Of a DNA stretch of 64,000 bases, positions 12,040 through 25,537 are shown piece by piece. The notes beneath the pieces were generated by a model that was not told where the DNA came from, searched no databases, and worked only from the letters and a program-made list of their open reading frames with translations. Location: positions 56,431 to 120,430 of the forward strand of contig NW_003314351.1 of assembly GCF_000143415.4 (NCBI RefSeq). The letters run 5' to 3'. The stretch is from Selaginella moellendorffii. Its lineage: Eukaryota > Plantae > Lycopodiophyta. The first letter of the stretch is position 1. Every line of letters starts with the position of its first letter. A program made the translations under genes and the position numbers.

Positions 12040-13580
12040 TTTTTTTTAAGGCTACACTATCTCCTTTTTGAGCCAACTCAATGATATTATCTCATTAAAC
12101 ACTGAAATAAATAACATTTACTGTTGCATACAATTATATAATAATTTTGGTGAAATGTTTTTGTTTGGATAGACATTTCCTTCACAAAACAAATTATTGT
12201 ATACATTAATATATCACTCACTTGCATCACTTTGTGGCATTACTATTAGTGTTTCCCTCTAGCATATTTACAATAATTTTAACACTTTTTAATATATTCA
12301 TAAAGATTTTAACATTATCCAGATTGATTTTGGTTGCATATTGACTATTGATTTGAGCTTTGTGATACCCCTAAATACCATTGCATATTAAATTTACTCT
12401 ATAGCAAAATATTTTTAACGCCATAAAAATAACAAATGAGGAGAGCATTGAAACAAATCATAGCCAGAAGATTCATGTTTCAGTGTTTTCATTGTTAAAA
12501 ACTATATGTGTTTAATGTTGAAATAGATAAAAAAAATTGTTAATATCAATAGTATATAAAAATATAATTTATTCAAATAGTCAAATGAAAATTGTAAATG
12601 CAATCATACCCACTCCCTCTTTTAATTTTAACATTTTAATTAAATATGATAGAAAAAATAATTTTAAAAACAAGAAACCATCATTTATATTATTTTTAAT
12701 TCAATTTACATATAAATCATATTTAAAAGTGTGCATTAAATATTTCAATAATGACTGCAAATCCCCTAGCCCTACAAAAACTCCATATATTAGTATATTA
12801 TGAAATATGAGTTCATTCACGCTTCTTTTTCCAATTATTTAAATTACTTATAATTAAGACTTTAAAAGTTGGGTAATAGGACTTTTAGAGTTTTTTTTCA
12901 CCATTCACATCAAAAGTGGTCTTAATAAAGAATATAGTATTATGATTATTCATCCCCATTTAGCAGAAAAACTTAGTAATCACTTTGAAGAGCCCAAAAA
13001 TAAAAAAGAAACTTTAAAAAATAGAAATTAATTAATAAAAATTATTATAATCGTTACTCCACTTCACTATGATAATCACATTGAGAGTGGAAAGCCCCAA
13101 GAGTATCAAAAGAGGGGGATAGAGGACTCAATAAATTATCACCTATAAATTATAAAATTTAAACATATATGTGAAAAACATCACTTATTTAAATATTAGC
13201 ACAACAATAAATAATATACCAATATCTTTTGCAAGTGGTATAATAACAATAAATGTCTCCCTCATAAAACATCTCCTTTTATTAATTAATCTTTTTTTTT
13301 ATGGTTGCACTATTTTCTCCACTATCTCTTTAAGCTATGTTATCTCATTGAATAAATAAATAATAAAAATGAATAACACTATTATTAAGTAAATTAAATG
13401 TTGTTGAATGTAATCATATAACAATTTTAGTGAATTTTTTATGTTTTGATGGATATTTTCTTCACAAAAAAACTCATTACATACATTAGTGTATCATTCA
13501 TTTGCATCCTTTAATGGTACCATCATCTTCTTTCGGCATATCCACAATAATTTTAACACTATTTAATATATTTATAATAA
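12040..13580. repeat. AT-rich decayed repeat with a direct duplication (12040-12310 and 13305-13582)
   Basis: Shared blocks such as ttatctcatt, ttcacaaaa and acaataattttaacact..ttaatatatt. No coding potential recognised. Confidence 0.6.
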
Positions 13581-13778
13581 TTTTCTTCTAAAAATCCAAG
13601 AATGAAATTGAATTCATGTTTAGAAAAAACTATTATTCATCTTTATAAGTATTTTAATTAATTTATTTTTCATTTTTTCTTTTAATAACTACGTGATTAA
13701 ATACATTTAGTACTAGATATAAGTTTGATATATGTAAGTTTTTAAATTCAAATAGTTTTTGGCTTATCCTTAAAGTTT

Positions 13779-13785
<7 letters not shown>

Positions 13786-13853
<68 letters not shown>
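13786..13853. repeat. (TA)n microsatellite
   Basis: About 33 TA units. Confidence 0.98.
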
Positions 13854-13856
<3 letters not shown>

Positions 13857-14404
13857 AACACTTTTATATATAATTTGGTTTCTCTCTAAGCACTCATAAA
13901 TCTGAATGGTATAATAAATTTTTCCAAAGATGATTTCAACCTTAATTTTGCAAGAAAGTACTATAAAAGTACTTATAAAAATTAGTAATAACAACAATTC
14001 ATAAACTTATAACTAAAGTTAACTTATGTTTTGCAATCAATCCAGGCTAGATACTTAAATAAAGTTGGAACTTTCTCATTGTCATCCTTGAAACACAATT
14101 GATTCATTTTCAACTTGGCTTAAACTTGCTATTTTCTTATAATTTTATTAATAAGTTTTAAAACTCTACTTTGGGTATATGTCTTGTTTCATCATGAATT
14201 GAATTATCAACTTATATAAGTAAGTTTCTTATTTACTATATGTTATTATTGATATAGCTGGAAATGTGGATTTTTCTTAGTTGAAACACATTAGGAGATG
14301 GACTATGCAATGTCATAGAAGTTATTACTATTGCATTTGCAAATGTACTTTTCTTCATTATCTTCTTTTTAGAAAGTAGCTCTAATGTTATCTCTAGTTT
14401 AGGA

Positions 14405-14665
14405 GTGTTTAGCTTCTGAGTGTAGGAGTCCACATCCCATGCCTTCCTCAGTAAGGATAACATTTGTAGACACACATATACTCAAATGACCACCTTTTCT
14501 AAATCCAATTCCTTGGACATGTTTGAGCAGTCCTATCATTTCTTACAAATGCCACAGAAGTACCCATGATGAAGCCTCGGAATGTAGCAATTGAGCTCTT
14601 TTGGCATAGAACCCTGTCTTCTACACCTCGATGCTTCGTGTCTGTAAGGAAACAAGCAAGCTCGG
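14405..14665 (-). pseudogene. NUP107 fragment, copy C (inverted relative to copy A)
   Basis: Shares derived changes with copy A (gaaaaggtggtcatttgagtatatg; MLSLLRKAWDVDSYTQKLN) and has extra deletions. Confidence 0.9.
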
Positions 14666-14719
14666 AGGGACTTGGGCAAGGAAGCCAAAATCAAAGAAAA
14701 AAGAAAGCCAATGACCTCA

Positions 14720-15580
14720 ATACTATCAACTGCGTTGGTGAGAGCTTTCATGCAAATCGGGAATTTGGTGGAGGCTCGAGGTGTGTTTGAGACAATGGTG
14801 ACGAGGGACTTGGATTCGTGGACAGCAATAGTGTCGGGCTATGCCTTGTAGAAGAGGCCGAGAGGATGTTTTCCCCCAGTAGAATCTCGTGCCTTGGAAT
14901 GGGCTGATGGAAAACGGCATCCCGGACAGAGCGAAGCTGCTGTTTGATCGAATGCCACAGTTGCCTACATCAATCGCTGCCGCCTATGCCCAGGACGGGC
15001 ATGTCGATGGCGATCCACCACCAAATGCCCACAAGGGACTTGATATCCGGGAGAATGGAGGACGCCCTCAAGATCCGGCAGCAAATGTCGAGATGGAACG
15101 TTTTCACCTGGAACGCGATCCTCTCCGGCTATGCGGGAGATATCCACTCTCGTGGGCATTGCGGCGAGCACAGCTCGAGCCTCGATCACGCGGCCATTGC
15201 GAGCGTAATCGTGCATCAAACTCGTCCAGAACTTCTCCTGCGGGATGCTGTCAAACGATCGCATCTTGCGTGATGGAAGCATATGCCCAAACTGAGCAAG
15301 ACATCCATCTCTTCCACGAGGCCACGCTCGATGGTGGAGTGAGGATCGATCCTGTGTCGTTCATCACCATCCTCTCGGCTTGCAGCCATCTGGGGAAGAT
15401 CCAAATCGCCCGCGATCAATGGTCGCCTATGATTGCAAGAACCAAAACTTTGGGTTCTTCCCAGAGAGCAATGTCGGGCGATCACAGGGCTAGAGAGCGG
15501 CATTTCCCGGTGGATCTCGTGAGGGCTGCTGGGCGGCCAAGGCTATTTTCTTCGATCGAATGTGCCACCGCGACGTGAGG
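14720..15580 (+). pseudogene. PLS-class PPR pseudogene
   Basis: RAKLLFDRMP, MSRWNVFTWNAILSGYA and VSFITILSACSHLG occur in shifting frames. Confidence 0.85.
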
Positions 15581-16151
15581 GAGGGATTCCCAATACTTTG
15601 GCTTTGGTGTTGGAAACAATATGCCACATTATAAAATAGTTTATGACATTAATATAATATACATATAATCTCACTTCTTATATAGATAAGTTAAATATAA
15701 TCTCTAAAATTAGCTAATAATATCTTACCTGTTTTACTTTTATTGGATTTTTCATTTTCTTGTAAATTCAATGCCTTTTGTGAAAATATTTTAGATACTA
15801 AATTATACTTATACAATACTAATTTGTGATTAAATAGATAGATAGATAGCTGTTTATATTATAAATATCAGGGAATACAAATGAATAAATTCAGTCATGA
15901 TTACGTGCACAATTCTTATGCAGGGACACCATCAGTTATGAGGTGAGAAATGCAGTAATGGTCTTTTTACCCTATTTCCATAGCACTTCAAATTTTAAAG
16001 GTCATAAACGAGTATATACGTATTCTCAATTTGAAGTTATTTATTATAGTCTTTGGTAAGTACTGCATTGGTTTACCTTCTTTCGTTCTTGGGGTCTCTG
16101 CTGGGGTGAAGAAGGCAAACCGAGAAACAAAATCCCCTCCATTCGATTGCC

Positions 16152-17781
<1,630 letters not shown>

Positions 17782-18379
17782 AGCCTATCTAAGAGCTAAA
17801 AAACTTCTCGTCTTAGCTCTCTAAGCTTTTTCCGGGGCGTCAGGTGGACCTTATGTTTGAGAATCGCGACGCATCTCCACCGCAAGACGGGGAGAATGCA
17901 CGGCCCCGCCTTGGAATCTCCATCGTCCATCCTGTCGCGTTATGGACAGCCACCAGATACATCCATTCCTCTCAACTATCGGTCAAGGAAATTGTTTTAA
18001 ATTTTCTTACCAGCGCCATGGTTCTTCATTTTCACCTGGGTGATAACAGACTTATCGAAGTAATCCCGGGGGAATGCGACCCATCCTGGCCATTGACAAG
18101 CTCGGGGAAGGGCCGATCAACGGTCCAGCCGGTCGCGATGGGAGAGTGTGAGGATCGCTTGGGCACGATGAAGATAGCGAAGGCTCTGGAAGAGGAAATA
18201 TGTCGCCAATCCAAGACCCTCTCGAGCAGCTGGGGGACGCTAAAATATTTTATCCTCACCTCTATGGGAAGATCGAAAAAATCATTACCGGATTTGAGTC
18301 CCGCTCTGCGAGATATATTGTGCCTCTACTAGCAAAGTCGGGATTCCACGCTTAAAATGTTTGCTACTCAATCAACCAT

Positions 18380-18690
18380 AATCTAGCGATCATGAGAAGA
18401 GGAGCTTAGTCATTCTCTTGCAAACCCATTCAACGAGACATGGATCGCTAAGATAGCTTTGGCCACTTCCTGCATTTACTATGCATTGTGAAGACGCTGC
18501 ACACTTTTGGTTGCCATGCAAAAGGCTGATCATTATTAGCTATATGCTAACTTCTTGCTCTTGTGAACTGTTCAACAATTGAGTGCCAGTGTCCATGAGA
18601 TAAGCAATGTGATCCTTTTGCTTCTTCATCCAGTTTCTCTGCTCTCAACTGCTTGCATAGAGGGTTCCTTGCCTATGAACTCTCAATTTA
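18380..18690 (-). pseudogene. Probable highly eroded PPR remnant
   Basis: Fragments resembling SMYAKCGS (cttcacaatgcatagtaaatgcaggaagt) and ...LDEAKRIH. Weak. Confidence 0.3.
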
Positions 18691-19875
18691 TTAGTTTCTT
18701 TTTTATAATATTTTCTTTCATAAATATAAAGCATTTAGCTTTTCTAAAAATTATATTATTCTAAATTTCATGCTCTCAAAAGATGTCCTTTTCTCAATAT
18801 TGTTGATCTCTTTTTCTATTATTTGAAGTTATATTTCTTTTTTAATATTTTTGGTAAAAACATATGACCAAAATATTTTTCATTATATGACCAAATTTTT
18901 TTTCAATATTCTTCCATTATTAGTATATTTAATACAGCCATACATGTGTTATTTGATTTTGATATTGCTCATATCAAAATTGGTCTTAATCATCTTTATA
19001 AATGTATGGTTTGTAATCTTCCTTTCATAAAGGGATTTATAAGTAAAGTTTGATAAATAATGCAGATCCTTTTTATTTTCTTGCAGCTCTATGCAAATGA
19101 ATTAGGGAATACAATTGTCCATTACCTATAATTAGACCATACTTCCACAGATATTTGTGTGGTCGGAATTGAATATTCTAATAACTTTCATCTAAATATG
19201 GCAATTATTTTGGTTTAGTATCTAATCAAGTTCAGGCTAAATATAATTTGTCATTTCAAATGTTTAATATGCATTCCCTATAATCAGCTTGAATTTTATA
19301 AACATCACCTTTCTACTTGAAGTAATCACCTTAAAAACAGGATTTACTACCACTTACTTTAACAAAAAATCTTTAATCTCTTTTTTCTTATAAGATTAAG
19401 CTTTGTTTAGCCCTAAAATCGAAACAATGTCACTTTCACAAGCTTATGAAAGCCCATAAAACAATAGCCACAAAATTTTCCGGTGCTTTCAATTAAACTT
19501 GCAAACCTAATTCCTGAATTTCTCTCTTGTGACCAAGAAAAGGTTCCCAGGTTTCTTTAGCACAGCTTGTGATTTTATGTTCCACTATCAAAATTTTACA
19601 TTTCCTGTAATGGTTTAATGAAAATGATGTTGATAAAAACTATTATTCGAATCTCTATCTTTCTAATTCATGTTGTGAATTGGTCAATGCTGTCAAATGT
19701 TTGCTGATTGTACGGCACCTACATGGACGACTTGGCATCCTCGTTTTTAGCAAAGCTCTGCTTTATTGATTTTTCCGCCTGGCCAGAGAAGTCTGCAAAG
19801 TACAGACTTCCTTATTTCAGAAGAGTTCTAAAAACTCCTAGCAAGAAAATGAATTTTTCCTCGTTTTTTCTCGTG

Positions 19876-21441
19876 CTACCAGACGCTTACTGGCGATCCC
19901 ATCTGCAAGAACTCGGTGGAGCACGAGAGTTGTGGCCTCTGGGGAGATAGCAGCGACGACGACGAGTCTTCCAGCTGATAGATCGAGTCGTCAAGATCGA
20001 ATATTGAACTCCGCCGCTCTTCCTGTCTTGTTTGAGGAGTTTTTGATGCATCGTCGAGTTGCAAAGCTGACTCGATCGAAGCGTGTCTCCTCTCGGCGTC
20101 GTAATCGTCTTCATCCGGACCTCCTGCCTCGGACGCTGGCGCCGACGACTGATTGTCGACGCTCTCGCTTCTAGGAGTTTGCAGTGGTCCAGCCGGAGCT
20201 GTCGACTGCTGCTGCGGGATCATGGCTTGAGCCTGAGCGATCACCGAGGGACCATCGTCTTCCGAGTAGAGAACCTTTTGGACAGCCATCACCACCTGCG
20301 AAAAAGGAACGTTGATCATAAAATGTCTCTAGAGACGAGGAAACTGAAAACCTTACCGGGCTTTTTGCAAGGCTTGGAGTTTGAGACAGTATCTCAATAT
20401 CGCGAAGCTTTGAGAAGTAGAAGTCCCTCTCCTTTTCGAGCGTCTCCATTGTAAGCTTGAGCTCCGTTATTTGTTCGTGGAACGCATGGACTTGAGCTGT
20501 TAATGGCGGTGGCGTTGGTGCCGGTGTTGTTGCCTGCGCAGATGCTTGCCTGTAAGGCTTCGTTGCTGCACACAAAAGATTCACAAGTTTGTGAAGTCCC
20601 ATTTTATGGGTTTTGACAAAGAAAAGAATGATGATCAACTTACCGGAGTTTTGGAGACTCTCCAGTTTTCGGATTGCACTAGACGGTGTTCTCGCGAGGT
20701 TATTAGATGATTTCGAGGTAGCTAGATTAGATGAACTGGAAGAAAGAGTTTTTCGATTCGCTTCCTTCCCTCCCTTCGCCATCTCTCGTCTCTCCGCGGC
20801 GTTATAGCTGAAAATCTTGTTTTTGAGCTGATGAAAAATCTCTAAGCGATTGTACGTACCTTGGTCTTCCATGGACAGAATCGCAGTAACGTTTCAGCCA
20901 TTGCATAAACTCCAAATTGTCCAGCGGTCGTCCCTTCATCAACTTTGCCACCTCGATATGCTGTAGATAAAAGTTCCAGAGTGAATTCCCGAAATACTCG
21001 AGCATGAGAACCAACCTTGCTTATCTTGAGCTTGTTGAAAACCTCTTGGAGAACTTTGTAGTTCTGTATCATCTCATACTCGTTCTTCGCATCAAAATTC
21101 ACCTAGATCACAAAAAAAAAGATAAATCCAATCCATTCTTCGTAGCTAATAGTAAAACAAACCTTATGCATCGCTACAACTCCAGGGTGCGTGGCATCTA
21201 TCAGCTGGCAATACACAGCACCTGACGAAGCCTATAACAAAGAGAAATAAAAATAATGAGCTACACTATCTCCATTTCCTTCATCAATCATCAATCAACC
21301 AATCGATTCGAGAGAGAGCGGAGCTCTTACCTCTTCCACTTTGCTGAGATTGAGCTGCAGAATCGAATTCACCCATCCCAGGATCTCGTTCCGCCCCACG
21401 AAATAGGCGCCATCCATCATGCCAATGCTCGCTGCCGCCAT
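19876..21441 (-). CDS. EB1: Microtubule end-binding protein EB1 (RP/EB family)
   Basis: [78 protein letters not shown]. Confidence 0.96.
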
Positions 21442-21630
21442 CTCGCCTCCGATCGATCGAGAGAGCAGAGAAAAAATCGCCCCTGGAATGGATCACAGCG
21501 CCGCCGCGAGCTAGGATTGGAATCGATTAGGGCTTTGCCTTTCCCTCTCCTCGCCCTCCCTCCCTCCCCTATATCCTGGCGCCCCGCCTTCCCATTAAAA
21601 AAATTAAACTCTTTGTTAATTCAAAGGGCG

Positions 21631-21650
21631 AGCCGTTGGGCAACGGCCAG
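21631..21650. promoter_or_regulatory. Inverted pair of MSA-like (CAACGG) elements upstream of EB1
   Basis: agccgttgggcaacggccag contains CCGTTG and CAACGG, about 200 bp upstream of the EB1 ATG. Confidence 0.5.
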
Positions 21651-23045
21651 TACAGGGCATCCTGTCTTCGATTCCTGGCACCGCCTGAAAATATTCCAGT
21701 AAAAAGTAGATTCGTTTAGGTTAATCCCGGTTAATAGGGTTAGTAATGTTTAGGGTTTAATGTTAGTTTAAGTAATCTCTTAATCAAATTCCCTGGATTT
21801 GGAGATGAAATGATAAGACACCACTACAAGCTAGAGCTCCCTGGAGAATCTCTGGAGGCCAAATTTTTACTCAAATCCATGAAGTCTATGATTTTTGGGA
21901 GGGAGTGGAGTTTTCTTCCTTCTCTGTCCTCTCTTCTCTTCTTTCTTCCATGCCTAAAGATCTGATCTTTGGAATCATGGGGAATGAGTGTGGAAGAGTG
22001 GTCCTTCCTTTCTTTTCTAGCCTAAAGTTCTTGTAGCTTATGGTGTTGCCACTGCCAACATGACACATAAAAAATTCAGGGCATTGAAAGCTTGCCACCC
22101 CAAAATCCATTGAAATTGATATTGATTGATGAGGTTTCCCCTCTTTCCCTCTGGGAATGTATTGTATATGGAGCTTCTTGCAAGACAAAATCATGGTGTA
22201 GAGGACTTGTAGACATGACCTGATGAACAGAGAGGTACGCGCAACAAGAATTTTGAGCCGTGGGACCTTGCAAAGTCCAGGAGAGTGATTGATTTTTCCG
22301 TAGTTTTTTAGCGTTTTTTATGCTAATTTCTGCTAAGGACTGATGGATCTATCTTGCAAACACCAGGATTGCACCCATTGGAACACCTGAAAGAAATAAC
22401 TACAAAAGTTGATGGACTAGTAAAAAACTCACAAATAAAAAGAGGGCTTCTTGAGCATGTCACAAGCCAATTGATATCTCCAGCCCTTCTCAATGATGCA
22501 AGAACACAGAAGCAGCAGGAAGCAAAATAATGCAAAAAAAAAAAAAAAAAAAGTGAGAGAATTTTGCACAATCTTGTGTGAGCGAGCAAGATACATACAT
22601 ATGACAAGGAATGAACAATTCCTTCAGGGAGTGGCCGACCACCATCTGTCCAAGCTTAAAAAAATCCATGCACAACACTCTACTCAATTCCCACTATCAG
22701 ATCAAACACAACCCAAGAACAAAAATAATGGCGGATTTTTCTTGGTTCTAAGTATCAAGCATTCAATCCCGGAAGTTAAAATTTTTCCGTGTCGAGGGCC
22801 GAGGTTTTTAGCGTCGGTGGAAGCATTTTGTTTGGGTGTCTTGGTTCCAGCCACACAAGAACTAGGTTCTTGCTCCCCAAGTTCTTTGTTTGTTTTGAGT
22901 TGCGAGGCTTCTTCTTGTGTTTTTTTTTGGGTTTCTCTCGACAGTTCTAGCTAAGCGTCGTGCGATCGAGAGAAAAGGAAAGAATGGCTGCTCTGACGAG
23001 AGGAATTGGATTTTTAGTTCTTCTTAAAAAGATCTCCCGATAGAA

Positions 23046-23074
23046 AGAGAGAGAGAGAGAGAGAGAGGGAGAGA
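23046..23074. repeat. (GA)n tract upstream of LRL (possible BPC/GAGA site)
   Basis: agagagagagagagagagagag. Confidence 0.8.
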
Positions 23075-23660
23075 TCGATCAAACGAGGAGGAAATGATAA
23101 AAAATCTCCTTTGTGGACCCTTTTGCATGGGTCCGGCGTGCCCGCTTTTGGTGTTAAAGCGTGCATACAGTTGTTTGTATGTTGCGGGGGAGCCGGGGAA
23201 AAGCGTTGGAGCTGGGCTGGAACAACGAGAAAGAAGAAAAGAAGTTTTCGCCACTAGACAAGGTACTTACATTCTTTGGAAGAAGATCTATTAAAGCATT
23301 TGCCTGGTAGAAGAAGAACTCTCTTATAGTTTCTTAGCTTAACTTCAATGGAGCGTTAGAAACGACCGTCAAAACTCTCTTTTTTCCTGTGTGTGCGCGA
23401 CAGTGTGTTCTTCGTCTTGGCTACGGACTTGGTCTTCTAAAAGCGTGTGTGTGTGTAGTCTTTGGTGTTCTATAGTTAAGTTTTTCTCTCGCGCACTTGG
23501 TGGTGATTGATCGCTGGTTTTTTTTCTCTCCTTTTTTCTCATCTGGCTGGTCTGGAATTCTTTTGTTTATATCGCTCATGACTAAGAATTTCTATGCAGC
23601 CTGGCGATCCCAGTGCCGACACAAATGATACGAGCTTAAAAATCGGGGGTCGATGATGCG

Positions 23661-25407
23661 ATGATGCTCGACTACTACACTCCAAGCGCCAAGAAGAACA
23701 GAAGCAGCAGTAGCAGCAGCAGCATCCCGGATCACAGCTCTTCTTCCATGGACGAGTTCCTGGAGAACATCATCTCGATCCCATCCTGGCCCGATCAAGA
23801 CGGTGTTGCTGGAAGGAGCTGGGATCACGACGAGCAGCAGCAGCAACTGAGCAACGAGATGCTCGTTGCTGCTTCGTTCCAAAACCAGGTGGGAGGAGGA
23901 GGAGCTGCTAGCACTAGTCAAGCTGGATCAAGAAACCACCAAGGCTTGGCAGCTACATTGGATCACAGCGACAACACCGGTCAAGTTTCTTCGTGGAGTC
24001 ACCACTTCGTTCCTGGTAATGCTCTGAGCTTTGCGAAACTCGGCGATGGGGGAGCGAGCAGCGATCCAAATTCTGTCAAGAAACGATATAGAGATGAAGA
24101 ACTCCAACAGGTACACAAGAAAGTTCCTCTTTTCCTCCATCGTTTGGATAAAAAACTAGCTTTTGCTTAAAAACTTCGGAGGAAGCACTGAAAATTCTCG
24201 TTTTTCGCAGATGTATGGAGCAGCGGGACAAATGCAAATCGATCAGCAGCAGAAGCACCAGCAAGATCAGCAGCAGGTTCGTGTAATTCAGTCGAGTTTC
24301 TACAAATTTTCTTTTGGTTCTCTCTAGTTCATGTCTCGCATTTCTTTTGTCTCTCTCTTGCAATGCTGTTTAGAGGTCTCAGGCTCCACTAGCTTACGAT
24401 TCGAATGCTCCAGTTGCCCCTGTAAATCCTCCTCCCGCGGGAATCTCTGCGAGACCACGAGTGCGAGCTCGCCGTGGTCAAGCCACCGATCCCCACAGCA
24501 TCGCCGAGAGAGTAAGAAGCTTCTTCCACTTTAAGTGATCGATTCACCTGTTTTGATCGCAGCTTCGCCGAGAGAAGATTGCCGAGAGAATGAAAGCTCT
24601 CCAGGAACTTGTCCCAAACGCGAACAAGGCAAGATCATATCCCATCCATCACCAGTTTTGGTTTTTAGTTCTTAAGTTTTTTGCTTTCTTTATATGATCA
24701 TTTGGATGATTTCCACTGAGCTCTGATATACTCGCGTGATAAACAGACTGATAAAGCCTCGATGCTCGACGAAATCATCGACTATGTAAAGTTTTTGCAG
24801 CTCCAAGTCAAGGTAAGTGATATACTTCCCTTGTTCTTCCAGGAACTAAGACTAAAAAACCACCTTTCTTTGACAGGTATTGAGCATGAGCAGACTTGGC
24901 GGCGCTGGAGCAACCATGGCTCCACTCGTCGCAGACTTGCCTCTAGAGGTATCAAAACAGTTTTTATCCATGTTCTCTTCTATAACTTCTTGGTTCTTCA
25001 AGGGTGCTGGCCAAGAACTACTATCTTCTTCACAACTTTGTCGACAAATCTCCGTGAATCTTTCTCCGCAAGATGGTATCGCTCTCACAGAGCACCAGGT
25101 TGCTAGTCTCATGGAGGACGACATGGGCTCAGCGATGCAATACCTCCAGAGCAAAGGCCTGTGTTTGATGCCGATATCTCTCGCGACTTCGATCTCGTCG
25201 TGCTCCACCAAAGTTCCCACAACGATGTCACTTGCAGCAACAGCAGCAGCAGCAGCAGCAGGATCATCTCCCACCACCGCAGCCATCGCCGGAGCTCTCC
25301 AGCACGCAACACTGTCCGACTCGGAAGCTAGCGCGATGGAAGGGTGCAATGGACGAGCAGCGACAAAGGATTTCCCGGAGAAAAGCGAAGAACAAAGGCT
25401 CAAGTGA
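23661..25407 (+). CDS. LRL: LRL-class (subfamily XI) bHLH transcription factor
   Basis: [73 protein letters not shown], plus the LRL domain EHQVASLMEDDMGSAMQYLQSKGLCLMPISLA. True start may be 23594. Confidence 0.93.
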
Positions 25408-25537
25408 TGCCAATCCATCTCCGGGTCGGGTATACATAAATAAGTCTGGATTTTGCGAGAGTTTTCGTGTAAAAAAGCTTATAGATCCCAGCAAAGGGAT
25501 GAAAAGAGAGAAAGCATTGCGAGTACTTGCTTAACTT

